Source: Ramazzottius varieornatus
Lineage: Eukaryota; Animalia; Tardigrada
Length of the DNA stretch: 64,000 nt
Assembly (NCBI GenBank): GCA_001949185.1
Contig: BDGG01000004.1
Coordinates: 893,620 to 957,619 of the forward strand
Reading direction: 5' to 3'
This document shows positions 60,891-64,000 of this stretch, one piece after another; the stretch's first letter is position 1; each line of letters begins with the position of its first letter. The notes under the pieces were generated by a model. That model was not told the DNA's origin. It worked only from the letters and a program-made list of their open reading frames with translations, and did not search any database. The translations under genes were made by a program, and so were the position numbers.

Positions 60891-61708
60891 ATGTCGCGGA
60901 ATCTAGCTCGTCTGCTGCCTCAGATCACCAACATGCTGGATACGCCATTCCGTCGAGCTGTCACACCTTTCAACCGCTATCGATGGCCAGCGTCCAGCTT
61001 GGGCTTCTTCGATCGCGAATTCGAACGCATGTCCAACATGGTAAGTTCCCGTTGTCAGTTGAATATTCGTGAAATAAGCCTCAACATAGTTTTCCGTTTT
61101 GACATACAATATTGAATTAGCCATGCCTGAGAATATTGTGGAATAAAAACAACATACTGTCGAAACGCTAGATCTTCCAAGGGAGCAGTCTTTCCTGTTC
61201 TTCTCGCCGCTCTGGTTGTTGTTCTTTGTTGTTGTAATTCATGCTGAGCAAAAAGTCATGTCGATTTCAGATGGATCGGATGCACAACGATTTATGGCAC
61301 TCTAGCTCGTTGCTGGAAAATCCCCAAGGCAGCCAGCGCGGAAAGATGAATCAAGACCTGTTTAACATTGTCGAAGAGAACGGCAAAAAGAAGATGCGCA
61401 TCATCTTCGAGGCCGAACGCTGCAAGCCCGAGGATATCGAGATCAAAGCCAAGGGAAACCACCTAGAGATCAAAGCTCGAACGGAGGAGAAGGGCGAACA
61501 CTTCCAGTCCATCCAGGAATATTCCCAGTACCTGACATTACCGGAAGGCGTCAAGGCCGAAGAACTGACGTGCCAGTTCGAGGGAGGCATGGTCACCCTG
61601 GAGGCACCTTATACTCCACCCGCCATCGAAGCACCCAAGGACATCCCTGTCCAGAAGGAGCCGGCCGAGCCACCTGTCAAGCATAACATCCCCATCAAGC
61701 ACGAATAA
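60891..61708 (+). CDS. Small heat-shock protein (HSP20/alpha-crystallin), 2 exons (60891-61040, 61271-61708), 195 aa
   Basis: Alpha-crystallin domain (KPEDIEIKAKGNHLEIKARTEE...EYSQYLTLPEGVKAEELTCQFEGGMVTLEAP) and C-terminal IPV and IPI (IXI) motifs; upstream HSE and TATA. Confidence 0.92.
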
Positions 61709-63273
61709 GATGGGCAGCTCCACCTTTAGGACTTTTCATCAGAAACATGTGTGATCTTGACGCATTGACGATATGGACGCCTTCACGTACAAACTGTTAG
61801 AGCTTTCTCTTTCCTGATATGCTTGATATCTCTGTGCATACCCAGTACTAACCTGTCGTACCTGTACTACAAATTATTCTGCCACTACAATGTACAGTAG
61901 CAGTTCCTCACTAGGTTTGTCTCCTAATAAATTACGCTATTAATCGTAACTGTTATCACGGGCTGGATACGTCGTAGTAAGAGTCCCTGGGAAGGCTGGA
62001 AGTCGTGGCATGAAAGCTGTAAATCAGGTTATCAGGAGCGTAAGAAGGTACACTACCCATGCAGGCTCCACAAACCGCAAGAGATGAAAAGTGAGGGTGG
62101 CGCCACAAGCGTACCGAGTGCGAGACGGTAAGACCGAAGCTGGTTGAGCCGGTCTACAAGACGGTCGGGCAGGCGATTTCGAGATTTATTAGCTCAAGAT
62201 AGGACGATCAATTGGCGGTGAAGGTACTTCAACCGGATACATTACATGGTCCTATAATGTGTTTTGGAGGTTACTTCGCACGGTACTCGTACGATAATAA
62301 CCGAAGAACAGAAGACTGACTTGGTCCTCTGTATGACCCTGATGAAGGGGATTTTGACAGTACGCAGCCTCCAATCAACACATAACTAACTTAACAAGAC
62401 ATGTGGGTAGAGGAAAGTACTGTATTGTCCACAGCTTGAGCCGATAACCGCGACCCACTGGCGTTCCTGGACGAAACTGCGGGCATCGAAGGGCATATGA
62501 GACAATAAGCAAACCGGTCACCGGTGCAAATTTCGAGTTTTCCAGCCGATCAGCTGATCGTTTCGTAGTCAATCAAAATAACCATCAAGACACTCTACGT
62601 CATCAGAGCACGCTTACGTCATCGCGGCACATCGAAGCGGTCCTGTGCGCTGGCGCTTTCAAAGTCCGCAGTGTCCTCCAGGAACACCAGTTGGTCGAGG
62701 CTATCGGCTCAGACTGTGGACAAAACTTTCCATTATCCACCTGTCTTGTTATTAGTTCGTTGGTTGGAGGCGGCGTATTGTTATACAGTATCCCTTTTGT
62801 CAGATTGTTTTGGCCTGCTCAGTGATCCTTTCAGAATGCTAACGCGTGAGAACTTACCTTTGAAAGCTGGAAACACCCAACAGCTGATCGCCGGTACTTC
62901 TTTGAAGTAACCTCCACAGGTATGCTCCACTTCGACGAGCGACCGAACCATCCATCTCTGAAACGGTAATGTTGGCTCAGCTTGGAACTGCGAAAGCGAA
63001 ATGGAAAAGTGCACTTGTGAAGGAGAAAAATCTGAGCCGGCCGGACAGTCTCAGGAATATCAGAATAAAATTTATCGCACGGTATCAGCCATCTGTGAAC
63101 GGGTGACGATGTCAAAGTCCAAAGAAAGAACCCTTCCGGTTCACATGTGGCGCTAGCATGCATCCGAATGTCGTACAACGGAAAATTCTGGTGAAAAGCG
63201 TTCGAAGCATGCAAAAGTACAATACCCGCATCGAAATGTAGCAAGGAAAAGACCACAAGGGCAAGCAGAAGAA

Positions 63274-64000
63274 TTATACAGGCAATGGCAATGGATCAAG
63301 CACCGGAAGTACAGTAGAGCCAGTAGCGGTAAACATGAGCGCTTCTGTAAAAGAAGGAACCTCAGCTGGAGCATTCGGTAATAAAGGCACCGAAGGCTCG
63401 TCTGCATATCCGTCACTTCGGGGCAAGACAATATCATCAGAGACAATAAGACCAGCCGTCTCAACTGAAAGATTCGCTTCTTCGCCGCGAAAGTCCGTGG
63501 TACAAGATGCCGGCGGATCGCCAACTGGAAGAGTTTCGTTTGCGGGCAACAGCTTGCTTTTCTTTGCTGGTCGCTGCCTCAAGGGTCCTAAAGATTAAAA
63601 AAGGTACTTTCTTCATTTCACAAACCAGACATTCCTAATATAAGTCGCATACTTTTAAGCGGAGTAGAAAAACTCGGTAGGGACTGTTCGCAGTCGATGA
63701 CGCTAGACGAGGTTTTTTGTACGGTCGATATGGCAGAGGGTCTTTTTCTTTTGGGCTTTGGCTTCTCACTGGGAGCAGCGGCGTTAGTCGGAACTTCCGG
63801 GACCTTAAAGTCATCTGGTCCTTCCGCCTTTAAAAGATGAGGGGTCGAGACCGAAGTCGCTGGGTTGTTCGAAACCGAACTGAGCGGGGTTGTATCGCAG
63901 TTTGTGACGTTAGTGACTTCCACCGTAGTACCGTCCAACGAGCCGTTGTTGAGGTGTAGCAGAAACTCAGCGTCGAACTGCTCCGTGTTGCTGACATTTG
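63274..64000 (-). CDS. 3' part of an unidentified Ser/Thr/Pro-rich protein; 5' end lies beyond the window
   Basis: Two open minus-strand segments (...DDFKVPEVP...KPKPKRKRPS...STPLK and RPLRQRPAKKSKLL...PLPLPV*) joined in frame by a short GTATGC...TTTAG intron (~63589-63651). Basic NLS-like clusters; no recognisable domain. Confidence 0.55.

Noticed and set aside
62831-63524. Cys-rich minus-strand ORFs as a zinc-finger continuation of the last gene
   Set aside because: Cys spacing fits no known finger and the ORFs overlap the better-supported frame ending at 63274.

Overview
Gene-dense eukaryotic (invertebrate animal) genomic DNA with short GT-AG introns, near-balanced GC and three 50-N assembly gaps. 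Compactness, gene content and an LEA-like gene suggest a tardigrade such as Ramazzottius, but that is inference and not shown by the sequence. Genes in order: DPF/d4 (partial, -), a candidate small secreted peptide precursor (+), crumbs (+), KCTD5/insomniac (-), ATAD1/Msp1 (-), AHCY (+), a matrix metalloproteinase (+), an LEA-like protein (+), beta-carbonic anhydrase (+), SNAP-25 (+), macoilin (+), PNPLA2/ATGL (+), frequenin/NCS-1 (+), ferrochelatase (-), a small HSP with a perfect heat-shock element (+), and the 3' end of an unknown low-complexity protein (-). Palindromic MITE-like repeats are also present. The standout is SNAP-25: after its shared exons it carries three tandem, intact, diverged copies of the terminal cassette encoding the whole second (Qc) SNARE motif. 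The copies differ in intron structure, the first is surrounded by RBFOX-type GCATG motifs, and there is a candidate second first exon. This points to a single-gene, splice-switched repertoire of SNARE C-termini.
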